A stretch of 64,000 nucleotides of DNA. Origin: Chrysomallon squamiferum. Taxonomy: Eukaryota > Animalia > Mollusca. The translations under genes and the position numbers were made by a program. The stretch lies in contig CM022678.1 in assembly GCA_012295275.1 (NCBI GenBank), positions 9,672,001 through 9,736,000 on the forward strand, read 5' to 3'. Numbering within the stretch: position 1 is the stretch's first letter; each line of letters opens with the position of its first letter. The notes below the pieces were generated by a model, which did no database searches, had not been told where the DNA came from, and worked only from the letters and a program-made list of their open reading frames with translations. This document shows, in pieces, positions 14,243-28,274 of the stretch.

Positions 14243-15509
14243 AACTTACAAATGAATAAATAAATAATTGGTAATACTAAAATAGGTTTATTTCTGATTC
14301 AAAAAGTTTTTTTTTTTTTTTTTTGGTCTTCTTACTGGGGTATTCATGACAAATTACAAAATAATACAGAAATGATGTGTTTACTTTGTGAAGGCAGTTA
14401 ATGTATAAAATTGGGTCTAAGAATATTTTGAATTGTCACTCAGTTCTCAACATATAAATAATAGTTGCTGGAAAAGTTATACTTATTCTGAAATATTACT
14501 AAAAAGGAAAATAAGGAATATATATATATTTACACACACACATAATATAAATATATATATATATATATATGTAGAAGTAAACAAATTTTCCAGTCAACGA
14601 AATGATAAGGAGTAATGGTAAATGAAATATTCAATTTTTCAAGTTAAAATAAATTTTAAATGGAATACCAAGTGTTATCAAATATTTATTTCATGGAAGA
14701 CTCAAAAATGATAACTGTAATAATCTGTTTAAATATGTACAGAATTAAAAACTAAAAATCATTGTGTGTGTGTGTGTGCATGCTTGTGTACATTTGTAAA
14801 TGTGAGTGTGTATGTGCTTTTTGTGTTTGTGACTAAACAAGCACACATTTACACTAATATACACAAACACAAACAACACTATGTTTATATTAATTTCTAC
14901 ATAGTTTATAATGTATATTTATTAGTATAAACATCTAATGTCTTGTTTATCAATTACTTAGAAAATTCTGTTAAACTGTATTTATTACTAATTTCATCTC
15001 AAGCAAATCAAGCAGTATTAATTTAAATTCAAAAGTAATAATAATTGTGTAAATTATCAGTTTATATCTATTTGAATAAAAATTGTTTTTAAAAAAGTCG
15101 AATAAATAATAAAATAAATTATATTAAAATTATTTAATAAACTACAAATATGACAATAATAAATTAATAATAAATTTATAAATAAATGAATGAAAAATGT
15201 AATAATAAAATTACAATAATGACGATGACAGTAATAAATAACTAATTAATAATAAACTTTTATTAATATTACTGATATTATTTTCTGCCGATAACTTGAA
15301 TAACACAACAGTATTTATCCTTTTGTTACTAGCAGTAGAGTAAAAAGTAACGTGAGATTTATTTTAATAAGAAACTACAGATAAAATGTATAGACAAAAA
15401 AAAAAAGATTAAATCAGTTTGAAAAAGAAATTTCACATTTATTTATTTATTTATTTATTTATGTGTGCACGCTCATGTACCGGTATCTGTGATTTATAAA
15501 AAACTTGTA

Positions 15510-16445
15510 TAATACACACACACACAATGCACACACACATAAAGACATACACACTCACTACACACACATAAAGACATACACACTCACTACACACTAACTA
15601 CACACACTACACACTAACTATAAACTGACTACAGACTCACTAAACACTACACACTCACTAACCACTACACACTCACTAAACACTACACACTCTAAACACT
15701 GCCTACACAAACTACACAAACTACACTCACTACACACTCACTACACACACTACACACTAACTACACACTACACAAACTACACACTAAACACTATACACAC
15801 TCACTACACACTCACTACACACTACACACTCACTACACACACTACACACACTACACACACTACACACTCACTACATACACACTACACACTGACTACACAC
15901 GCTACTCACTCACTAAACAGTCACTACACACACTACACACACTACACACTGACTATACACATACTACACACACACTATACACTGACTATACACACACTAC
16001 ACAAACACTACACACTCACTACACACTACACACACACTACACACACACTACACACTCACTACACACACACTACACACACTTACTACACACATACAGTCAT
16101 ACACAAATACGCACATAATACAAACACACACATATAGACATACACACATAATACACAAATACGCACACAATACAAACACACAAAAGATACACACACACAC
16201 AGACATACACAAACACATACACACATAATACACAAATACGCACATAATACAAACACACAAAAGATATATATACAAATACAAACATATACAAACGCATACA
16301 CACATAATACACAAATACGCACATAATACAAACACACAGAAGATACTTATACATACAGACATACACACATACATACACACTTAATACAAACACATATACA
16401 CATAAATACAAACATACATAAATACATACATACATACATAATATA
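15510..16445 (+). repeat. Low-complexity AC/ACT-rich tract
   Basis: Degenerate (ACTACAC)n and (AC)n. Confidence 0.9.
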
Positions 16446-17013
16446 AACACATTTTTTTTTTAAATTTAAGAATCAATGTAGCCGTTTTAGGTCAATCTAA
16501 ACCAAGTATTTATAAGTTTTGTAAATTATTTAACTCTCAAAAAAGCTGGTGTTCTTAAAAAAGACGTTACATTTTCTGTAATCTAATCATGAACTTTTTT
16601 TCAAAACCGCAGGTTGATTTATTGATATATTGTATGTGTTTTATTATTATGTAGTCTACGGCCTGAGTGTAAGTAACGTTCAGTTCAGTTCAGTGTGCAT
16701 TTGTGTTTGTGAAACGTGTCTGTGTGCGTACGTGACTCACTCTTTCATCGATTAATGAATAAATGAATCAATGAATAAATATGTATTACGAGATTGTTGT
16801 TGTTTTGTTCGATTGTCTTCATTTCCGTATGCGTTATACGTGTTTAATGCGTACACGGATAGTACGAATGAATATAGGCGTGTGTGTCTGTATGTCTGTG
16901 TGTCTGAAGTCAGTGTCTGTGTCTTCCGTTCTCTGCCTTCCAGCTTGTCTCTTCATCTCCTGTCTTTCCTTTGGATCGTCTCATTTTACAGAACCGTGTT
17001 TTTGTAGTTTTTC

Positions 17014-17104
<91 letters not shown>

Positions 17105-19555
17105 TGTCTTCATTGTTATTTTCAAATTTGTATTCCTATCTGTCCGTGTTTATAACCACCGCTACCACTGCTACAATTTATACTACAACTACTACTACTG
17201 CTTCATCTGCTACTACTACTGCTTCAACTACTACTAGTACTATATTACTTCTACTATTACTACTACTATTAACGCTACTACTGCTACAATTTATACTACT
17301 ACTACTATACTACTTCTACTACTACTACTCTTACTATTATTACTGTTACTAACAATAATAATATTTAATACCAAATAATGTAACAAAAATGTTTCAAGCC
17401 GTTTTTACCACAAACCATTACACGATACCAAGCAGTTCAGTCTTTCAAGAGTTTTGTACTTGACAGACATTGTCAGCGACTGAACAGATGAGAAAACTTA
17501 TTACTGTTATTATTGATATTATTATTGTTAATATTATTATTATTGTTATTATTGTTATTATTATTGTTACTGTTGTTATTATAATAATTATTATTATTAT
17601 ATTATTATTATTGCTGTAAGTTTGAATTGTTGTTGTTATTATAATTATTATTATTATTAAAAGGTCAAATATTAAATCAGTCTTTCTGTTGAAAAATACA
17701 AAAATGTGTTTTAACTGAAATGTTACATTGTCACTAATACTAATACTAATACTAATACTACTAATAAAAATAAAAATAATTACACACTGTAAAATTATCA
17801 GCTAAAAAAATAAAACGGATAAAACATACTCGTATTTTATTTTCTGAGTGTTTAGCATGGGTTACACTGGTAAATAATCTTAGAAACAAAACGTTTCCCT
17901 CTCTGTCATTTTGCAGCTGTGTTTTTCTTATTAGTGTTATGTGCAGTCGTCATAGCAGTCATCGTCGTAGTAGTAGTAGTAGCAGTAGTAGCAGTAATAC
18001 TAGTGGTAATAAACAGCACAAATAGCATTCGCAATATTGGTACAAGTAGTAGAAGTATTAGTAGTTGTAGTAATAGTATTAGTGGCTGAATAGTAATGGT
18101 GGTTACAGTAGCAGTAGTTGTGGTGGGTATTGGAAACAACAGTCGTTGTGGTAGTCATAATGTTATTGGGGTGATCGTTATCGTAGTGTGCTAGTAGATG
18201 CAATATTGGTGGTTATGTTACTAATAATGCTTCATATATATACAAACATAAACACATACATATACACATACAATGAGACACACACTCGCATACACGGAGA
18301 GAGGTGTGTATATGTATATATTTATCTATATACATACACACAAAAACACACACTCATACAGATACACATACACACAGAGACACACATACAAACGCACAAA
18401 CACACACAGACACAAACACACACATACACATGCACACACACATACACAAACAATGTGCTAAGCCTGATTTGGCGCTAACAAAATATAACTTTGTTTCTTA
18501 CATGTTTAATGCACAGTGAAACACTTTAGTACTTTGAGAAAAAGTAACTCTGTCAAAAAACATAATACATTTGAAATCACCACCTGATTAGTTCTTAAAG
18601 GTCCGTGAGTGTAAGCGAGTATGTGTATGTATGAGTATGTATGTGTGTGTTTCTGTATGTGTATGTATGTGTGTCTGTGTGTTTGTATCTGTGTGTGTGA
18701 ATATAGGTGTGTGTGTTTGTCTTTTTTCTTTTTTCTTCTTTCTTCTTGTTTATTTCTTTCTTTGGATTAAAAAATAAATAAAGAAAAAATTGAACTTAAC
18801 TTCATGTATAAGACAGAAATTTATAAAATATGTCAAGCAGAATAAAAATGAGGAAGTTTAAAACTTTTTTCCCACACGTGGGCCGACGGCGCGCACCTTT
18901 TGCACGTGTTGAACCATTTCTCCCGACCCGCGGGGAAAGTGTCACAGAGCTTTTTCACATGTTGAAAATGCTAGAGATCTCCAAAACAATAATTTGTATT
19001 AGCTGTTAAAAATAAATTTATAATAAATCTCATCAGTGAACTACTTTGTTCTACACATTATACACATGAATTATATTATACAGACAGACATATAGATATA
19101 CATACAGTTAGGTGAATACATATTAGCTATACAGACAAAGAGATCACGAAACAATGTACAATAGTTTTGAAATTTAAATGAAATAAAGACAGAATAATTT
19201 GATTTATTATGATATAAATATTTTATTACAGTTTTGATTGCACAAATATATTTTAAATACAAAACATTCTTTCAAATAAACCAGTTAACAAAATAATAGA
19301 ATAGTTTACATGTAAGAAAACACACACACACACACACAAAACTGGGTGAAAATTTCAAAAGTAAATCAGAGTCTGTTTTAAAGTGAAATCTATTTTGTAA
19401 TTTAGCAAGGTTAAACGATATAAACAAATTAACTAAATTAATTACCTTACAGTAAATAAATAACTGATTTTCTGTTCATTTACAAGAAAGAAATGTCTGT
19501 GGACTTTCAACTTCAAAACAGTTCAGTGAAACTAACTTAGCAGACAGTTTGAAGT

Positions 19556-20716
19556 TTACTTTTTACACCACGTAAATATTTCTATTTCATTCTTAGTTTC
19601 CACGTAGAGTTTGTTGTCATCACAACAGACACACCAAGGTTTGGACAGTCCATCCTGGTCAGTGAGGATGTCACGTGTAATGTTACCATCTTGTGACAAT
19701 TGAACAACACAATTTCTATCAAAATCACAAACAAAAATATTTCCCTCCCTGTCACATGTAACACCTGTCAAGCCTCTCAGTTTGTGTGAATCACGTGACT
19801 TCCATTTGACGTCACCTGATGACGTCACACAAAATAAACTCTTTTCTCTCTGTGACACAACAATCAGACATTGATCGTGAACTGTGAGAAACCTCGGACT
19901 GGGGATCAAATGTGTTGAGATAGAATTAATGAGCTGACCACTGTCTGTCAGTATATCCAAGCACTCACTGTAGTACTCTGTGACCGCGAGACGGTTGCCA
20001 GGTAACACAGCGATAGACTGATACCTTTTACCAGTTCTAATTGTTTTTATCAGTTTGAAGTTTTCCAAATTTAAAAACAATATTTTATTTTCACGTGGCA
20101 GAGCAACGGCAACAACAACATCACCCTGCTGATCACGTGACTCAGCAAGACCGCATGGACGAGTGGAAGTCACGTGTTTGTTTATCAGTGATTTTCTTTC
20201 TAAACAAAAACATTTTACACATTTATTGTCACCATCACTAACAACAATTTTACTCTTGTCCTCACCTGACACCAGGATGGAAAACACATAAGGATTTCTT
20301 TTATCTTCTTGTGTTTTTGTGTGAATGGTGTCTGTGTGTTTGAGTGTGTCTGTCTGTTTGTCTATCTGTGTGTCTGTGTGTTGTGTTTCTGTGTTAATGG
20401 TATCTGTGTGTTTGAGTGTGTCTGTCACTCTGTTTATCTGTGTGTCTGTTTGGATGTTTGTGATTATTTCACCAATGTGCACAGACATTTCTTTCTTTTT
20501 ATCGGATTTTCTGAGATTTATTTTGAATTTTGCTTTTTCTATTTGTGAAAGAGAATTTGACAGAAACTCGGAAGTTGTGTTTTGAAGTTTGGTGAATTTT
20601 GGAAGATTTGTTTTTATGTCTGACTCTGATAATCCCTCACCAAGTTTTATAAACTTTTCATTTTCATCAATCAGATGTTTATGTTCAGTAAACAATTTCT
20701 CTATTTCTGAGTTTAC
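19556..20716 (-). CDS. TRIM-type protein, coiled-coil + NHL beta-propeller part (N-terminus lost in the assembly gap)
   Basis: Stop-free frame from the gap edge to TAA at 19556. Helical segment (EIEKLFTEHKHLIDENEKFIKL), a T/D/H-rich linker, then NHL-like blades (KIVVSDGDNKCVKCF, RPCGLA, VAVALPRENKILF, LTGVTCDREGNIFVCDFDRNCVVQLSQDG, DGLSKPWCVC). Confidence 0.85.
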   Translation of the reverse strand, partial: VNSEIEKLFTEHKHLIDENEKFIKLGEGLSESDIKTNLPKFTKLQNTTSEFLSNSLSQIEKAKFKINLRKSDKKKEMSVHIGEIITNIQTDTQINRVTDTLKHTDTINTETQHTDTQIDKQTDTLKHTDTIHTKTQEDKRNPYVFSILVSGEDKSKIVVSDGDNKCVKCFCLERKSLINKHVTSTRPCGLAESRDQQGDVVVAVALPRENKILFLNLENFKLIKTIRTGKRYQSIAVLPGNRLAVTEYYSECLDILTDSGQLINSISTHLIPSPRFLTVHDQCLIVVSQREKSLFCVTSSGDVKWKSRDSHKLRGLTGVTCDREGNIFVCDFDRNCVVQLSQDGNITRDILTDQDGLSKPWCVCCDDNKLYVETKNEIEIFTWCKK

Positions 20717-20916
20717 NNNNNNNNNNNNNNNNNNNNNNNNNNNNNNNNNNNNNNNNNNNNNNNNNNNNNNNNNNNNNNNNNNNNNNNNNNNNNNNNNNNN
20801 NNNNNNNNNNNNNNNNNNNNNNNNNNNNNNNNNNNNNNNNNNNNNNNNNNNNNNNNNNNNNNNNNNNNNNNNNNNNNNNNNNNNNNNNNNNNNNNNNNNN
20901 NNNNNNNNNNNNNNNN
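20717..20916. other. Assembly gap (200 N)
   Basis: Run of N seen directly. Confidence 1.
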
Positions 20917-23900
20917 GAGTACTTATTTTTAAAGTTACATATACAATGTAGAAATGTTACTATTTAATATGTAATGTCCATTTGTAACAAAACCAAATAA
21001 AGAAAGAAAAGAAAAAGAAACTGTCTGTATAAATTTAGTTTCACAAAACATAAATAATGTACAAATAATATGCAAGGAATATATGGTATGATTAATGATG
21101 ATGCTACTCATTGTGTAAAAAAAATCCATTTTCAAATGTAATTCATGCACAGATTTGATTTTTAAGAAATCTTACAATGTTATAATGAAGGCATATAGCA
21201 AATTAACACTAATTAATGCTACCAATTAACCGGCAAAAAAAATTAAAAATTAGCAGAATACTTGAGTATGTAAAGATCCCTGCAATTCATAAGTCTTGAA
21301 GTATGATGTTTTTGTACTTTTGTTTAATTTCTATGGATTTAGAGAATTACATAATTAGTGTACGTTAAATTTCAGCTGATTACTTTGACTAATTAATTAA
21401 TTTAAATTCATGAGTTTTAGCAACTTGTTTAAAACTACAGTACAGGTTTAGAGCTCATAAAATGTTTCATTTTGATATATAATACAGTCGACTGAAGCTA
21501 TATGAAATATTCAGTGTTTGTGCTGCAAAATGTCAGAAATGAAGCACACTTCGAAAGTACGAAGCAAAAATGACACATATCTACCATACCTATGTCACTA
21601 CTTCCAGAAAATTGCAGTTCCGTTTCCGACTGTTCTTTCAGCTGTTTCCCTCACTAAAGTGAAGCTAGCAAACATTTCCAGTGAACTTTTAGAACCATTA
21701 CGTCAAAGAGTTATCAATTGGTTAATGAGCCATGTTGTCATTAGCAGTAACTGTATGATCAAGTGTTTGCTATTGTTTTTCCTTTTCAATTCCAACATAA
21801 ATGTGTAATAACCAGTAGACATATCAACTCAAAAAAAAAAAAAAAAAATAATAATAATAATAATAATAAATAAATAAAAAATAATTTATTTATTTATTGA
21901 TGTATTTATTTATTTTATATTTATTTATTGTCACATGCATTGTCATGCAAAAAAAAAAAAAAAATAATAATAATAAGAAGAAGAAGAAGAAGAAAGAAAA
22001 AAAAAAAAAGAAAATAAATAAATAAGAAATGAAAAAGTTGAAAAACTAAGGGGTTTTTTTTTTTTTTTTGCTAAACTTTATTTAGTCATCATTTCACTTT
22101 GCTTTAGTTTAATTTGTATTTCTTTTGAAAAATCCAAGCTTATCAATTAATTAATTATTTATCAAGGGACAAACATTTGTTTCAGAATGTGTTTGCTGTT
22201 CATAAATTTTGCTGCTTCCTGAAGAGAATCAGTTTTGTCTCAGATCATCAGCAGAAAAATTCAAATACAAATTAAATGAACTGTCACACTTGTGATTTGT
22301 TGAGAATATAATAAATTATGAAATATTTGTATTGTGTTTTTTTTTTTCTATTTACAATTATGAAGGCTTTGCTATACATTTTGTCACCCATATCAAGACA
22401 CTTTGTAATAAAAGTAAATACTGTTTGTATTACTTTTTTTCTAATACCTTGAACCTCAAAGGCCATTTGTGCAAATCATAGTTATGTCAATCTAGATTTA
22501 ACTTAATTCCACTTTATTATTCATTATTAGTTTTTTTTTTTAAAAGAAAAAAGAAAATAATAATAATAATAAAATATCTTATTCAGTGTATTCAATAATT
22601 TATTTAAATACACCATTTATCAGATTTAAGCAACATCGTTCTTAAGATTTTGTCTAAATTACAAATATCAATGTGATAATTAATACTAGGTACTAATATG
22701 GTTTAGGCCTCATACAGAGATTTATGTCACAACATTTAGTTCTGTCTGGAAAAAGAAGTTCAATATTGCCAATGACGACTTACAGGTGCACACTCTGGAG
22801 AAAACCCAATGCCCTTAAACCAAGTTTCTTGATGCACATGTCCATGCATTTTCTGAATGTGCTCTTATTATGGATTAGATGATATACAATTATTTATGTT
22901 ATAGCATTTAAGTGTCTGTTAGTCACAACTGAAGTGGTTTATACAGTCCATTTATAGAAGCATCCCTAACAGTTAAGACCTTTGTTGTTAAATGTATTTT
23001 CAATAGCCAGACATAAGATTATGATACACTATTTGAAATAGGATTAACTTTAAACTTACGTGGATGGCTTTGATTCTTGAAATAGATTCTTATCATTAAC
23101 AGACTTCTGCTGCCATCTTCTTGTTATAACCAGTCTCCAAAAGCAACGACTGGGATCTACAAATAAGACAAATTTGCTCATTATCAAAAATGATCAAAAA
23201 TGAGGTAAATATATCTGATCTATCTGGAAATAAAAAGATTAGAAATGGTGATTAAGAATATAGTAAACAGAAAGTATAAAACTGAGCTAGCGAACAATAT
23301 GTCCGATGAGGAATGATACAAAACAAATACCATATTTCTAAAATAAATTGCATTACATATTTGGAATTTTAATTTTGCTAGTTTTCAAACACGTATGCTT
23401 TTTTTAATAATAAAAGTGAGCATGTTTCATACCTTTAAAATTTAAACTTTTATTGAAACTGCGAACTATTTGTTTGAAAGAACTGACGTGCGATAAATTA
23501 TTCACTGGATTTATCGTTCACTGCTTTCACAGCAGCTGGAATTGTTCGCTGCCTTTATTTCAGTGTTTCCCTCCTGGTGTTTTCATTTCTCTTACAATGA
23601 ATATCCACGGGGGGGGGGGATGTGTAATTTTCCAGTGCACTCTCTTGTTTGATTTAATATAACATTTTTATATAATTTATCAATGCTATCAGAGATCTTT
23701 GTGTCATTTTGGTAGTAATTTTTTTGCTCTTTCTAATGATATATATAAGCGTAAAGTACTTTGGTAAAATAACAAGAAATATACTCCACAATACGATTCT
23801 GTTATGTCAAAATGTATTAACAACGTATAAAATTTCCAAGACGTTTAATTTACGGGTATTAGTAAAGTACAGTGGTACTTTTCTTATCTTGAGAGGACAT

Positions 23901-25038
23901 GTTGCGCATAGGAATTTATTTCAGGATAGGTCAGTTCCACGTGGTCTATTTTATCGTACCCAAAGTATGGCGTATTATGAATTACATAGAATTAAACTGT
24001 TGGCCTATTTGCTATTATCTTTCTGGAATATAATTATTTACAAATTTCTTTTCTCACTACCATTACACATTACTATTAATTACATTAACCAAGTTATTAT
24101 AATGTACTTTCTTTTCTAAAATTAATTTAACAAAATAGAATGCTATATTATTTTTTATCTTTTGTTTTCTGTATATGCATGATCTGTATCACAGTATTTC
24201 TTTTATATCCAAAAGCATTAAAACTTAATACAGATATAAATCACACTCTGTATTATTATTATTTTCCTTGTTTAAACATGTGTAACTGTCAGAAATTTTA
24301 TTTTATTATCTTTTTATTTTTTTATTTTGTTTTAATGTTTTATTCAGTCGACATGTTATATAATTAATATTTATTTCTGTGTTGATTTCGGGTCAATTTA
24401 AGACTGCGATTGAGTAATTGACATATTCAATAACTTGAATAAGTGATATTCATCATATTGATATTGATCATATTCATATTCAGATAATGAGATATTCATA
24501 TTGTGTACTTAAAAATGAATTAATTGAAATCTATTAGTTTACCTAATAGGAATCCTGGAATCTTTAATTAGTCCAATGTCAAAGTAAAATGATCAATCCT
24601 GTGCAAAATATTTACAAACAAATCATAACAACTCCACCCGCCATGGAATGAACTTCCACTAACTTTCTAGACCGGATGGAGTTAACTGTAGTCTTGATAA
24701 ACAAAACAGAGAGTCTCGCTGACCCAGTATCGTAAAACTGATCGAGACTTTTCGGATCATTTCGGCCGAATAAACGGAGACATTCGAGTCCTCTGTGTAT
24801 ATTTTGCCTAACAAAATAAATAAATTATGTAAATACACAACAGAATCCGTTCTCCTCAGAAAAAGGTCTGTTAGTAAAAATAATAATAATAAAAAAAAAA
24901 AAAATAAATAAATAAAATAAAATATCTGTTTCATTTAAACCTTCATTTTTAACCCTGAGCAATTGTTTTGTTTTTCAGGTGGTGGTTTCGGGGGGGGGGT
25001 GCTTGTTTTTAAAGAATAATCTGACTGCTTTTTTTCCC

Positions 25039-25077
<39 letters not shown>

Positions 25078-25631
25078 CTTTTTTAATTTAACTTTATTTT
25101 ATTTTATTTTAATAATTGATTTTATTATTATTATTATTATTTTTTTTTAAAATTATTATCGCAATTATTTATTTATTAATATTAATGTTATTTATAATTA
25201 TTATGGTTATTTTTCTTAATTTCATTTTTAACTCAGAAATGAATAAATTATAATTGTCCTAATTTACCAAACCTGTGTTAATTGCAAATAGTAAAATGCA
25301 TACTTGAGATAATCTGACAGTGAAATACTTCTTTAAACACCAGAAGTTTTACTGTGGCTGCGACTATAGAAAGGAAATCACATGTTGGTCTGAAACCAGA
25401 ATTAATTTCTACAAATTTTGTAATAACTTTTGTAAGAATAAACAAATTAATAACTTCTTAAATACTAATAAAATTAGGTTTAGGCTAGAGCAGTCTCGAT
25501 AAACCACGATGTTTCGAACATACACGGATTCGAATGTATGCTACGCTTTTCAAACCAGTTTGAACTCATGTTTGACAGCCAGACTATTTTTATTTTTTAA
25601 TTCGGTAACGTTTTACTTGTTGATTATTCAG

Positions 25632-25787
25632 GTTAATAGAATTTTGGAAATATTTCACGAGAATCAAAATGGATTGGGATGTTTCATGTTTATCTGAATC
25701 CAGGTGTGAATCAGATGCGGAAATATTCGCACTTTTCAGCCATGGATCGAGGTAAACAAGATTGATTGTACTGTCAGAGAGAGAGAG

Positions 25788-25839
<52 letters not shown>

Positions 25840-27700
25840 GGCAATTTCTTATGTAAATACATTTATTATAACATTCACAAACGATAATAAGTAGAGAAAA
25901 ATGCATTTATCTGACAAATGTAGTTTGATAACAAAACTCATGTTCTCACAAAACATAATAAACATTATATTTACTGTTGGTATTGCTATTTTTCTTAGGT
26001 CACTGCATAATCATAATGCATTATTATTCAGGTCTGTCAAGAAAGGAAATTTAGATCATGGAGTTCTAAGGATGAATCACCAGTTACAGAAACCATTCTT
26101 ATGCAAACTGACCGTTCTGAGTTGTGAGTATAATATATTTTATGTTTGTGTTTTAGAGAGTAAAATAAGATTTGTAGCAACTCTTTATTGATTATAAAAT
26201 AGTGTAATAAAAATCATTTATTTGCTATTGTTTTGTAATCAGTTTAATATTATAATAATTGTGTAACATTATTTATTAATAACAAAGTATATTGAAGATA
26301 TCACACAGCCCACTTTGTCTGAATAAAATAGTTAAATTTAAATTTTGATAATAACAGTAGTGTTAGTTATTTATTATTTTTATTATTATTTTATTTGTTT
26401 TTTCTTTTAGAATGTACATATAGCTGTAATTGATGTGCTGATGTTGGCATATGCCAGTGAAGTTGTTTCAGAAGAATGTGCTGTCCCTGCCATCAGGTAT
26501 GCTGTTGTTTTTGTTTATTTATTTATTTATATTATTATCTTGTTAAATATTCAAATTTGATTTTTTTTATTTTTTTATTATTATTCTGAGTTAGTTTGTT
26601 AAAGTTGATTTACTTTACTTCATTTTATATTTTTGTAAATTATATTTCAGTTAAAGCTGAGGTATAGTTAAAGTATTCATTTTTCTACTTTGATTATTAA
26701 ATGATAGCTGAAAAGAAGGTGAAGGATTATCATGATTGCAGTTAAACATGCAAATGTGTGATTGTATGAGAAAAAGACAGAGGATTAAGGAAGAGAGGGA
26801 GAAGGAGAATGATATTTGGGGTGCATGTTTTATATAATTTATCATATAGCCTAAAGAGACATCATATTTTAAATTCAACATTTTGAACAAGCAGTTTTAA
26901 AATGTTCAGATGAATTACAACTTTTAACACATCCAGTGAACTTCCATCAGGCACTGAGGACACAATTATAGTCTGCTTAAATAAAGTTTGTACTGCTGCA
27001 AAAAAAAAAAAATATCAGTTTTTAATTCGAGTTGTTTTTATTTAAATATTTCTCATTGTTCTAAACATAATTAAGTTTAATTTAATTTAATGCAGGAGGT
27101 TGCAGTTTGTTAATAATATATCAGTAGGTAGACATGCACATACACACAAATTACATTAGTATCTTGTAAACACACACAAATTACATTAGTATCTTGTAAA
27201 CACACAGTACACTTTTTACCATGTACATTTGTCACACATTCCTATAATTACATTCATATAAATATGATTATTTTGTTGTAAATTTCTATATTATAAAAGA
27301 AAAGAAGAAGACAAGAAGCATCATATTTTAAAATGTTTAACTTTCCTGTTACCAGATTGGAACTGCCAGCCCTTCAGACAGTGTGACTGTTCCTGTGATG
27401 ACAGACATACTAAAAGACATGAGACATATGTACAGTAGCTGTTGTCTGTCGTCTCTGTTGTCTGAAGTGTCTCAGTTTTCATGGTTTGTTAAATAACACA
27501 TTTTTTTTGTAAATAAAAAGTATGAATCACATGGTAACTTTAAATTTAGCATAAAGTAAATTTATGAATCTTAATATCTAGTTAAAAGAGGATGGGGTTT
27601 TGGGGTGCTTTTTGATTTTATATTTCATAATCAACAAAATTCATATTTTATTATTAGGTCTGGTTTTTTTTTTTTTTTTTTGGTTTTGAATATAATTTGT

Positions 27701-27794
<94 letters not shown>

Positions 27795-28143
27795 GTCTGT
27801 CTGTCTGTTTGTCTGTCAGTTATCACATCCTTTTCATCCTCCTTAACCTCTTTTACTGTGTTATTAAATATTAATTGCCTCATTGTTGTTTATTTTTCCC
27901 TCAGATATATGTTTGAAAGACGGGTTAGGAATAGCTAATTCTTTACATAATCTACGCCTCACCAAAACATTCTGTGAACGGCATCTTCCATCAACTTTTT
28001 CCATTTCACCTACGAGGATCTCCTGTACACACGAGACAGTGTACGAGAAAACCTCTTAGCCTTTCTCACAGAGCTGTTCTTCTGGTTTGAAATGATAAAA
28101 CTGACAGAGACAGGACAGCTGCTGAATGATCAGGAAGCAGAAA
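25632..28143 (+). pseudogene. CAMSAP: CAMSAP/Patronin N-terminal and CH-domain pseudogene fragment
   Basis: Exons 25999-26123 (LSRKEI*IME..ESPVTETILMQT), 26411-26496 (HIAVIDVLMLAYASEVVSEE), 27356-~27429 (PVMTDILKD), 27905-28143 (ICLKDGLGIANSLHNLRLTKTFCERHL/FHFTYEDLLY..NLLAFLTELFFWFEMIK). These match recalled CAMSAP motifs (LSRKGIYVME, PVTE, HMAMIDALMMAY, DICLKE..SIADSLYNLQL..FC, EDMLY, ELFWWFE). Several frameshifts. Exon 25632-25751 is a tentative first coding exon. Confidence 0.8.
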
Positions 28144-28274
28144 GTAAGTTTTGTGAGAGTTTTTAATTACATTGCAAGTCCACAATTGAATTGTATCTTT
28201 TATTAAATGAATTTATGAAATTTATTATTGTACTGGAAACATTGGGATTTTGTAATATTCAGTTTTAGTGTTTA

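Noticed and set aside
24638-24870. Strong Kozak CCGCCATGG as a gene start
   Set aside because: ATG GAA TGA stops at once and other frames contain stops; at most a uORF or decayed first exon.
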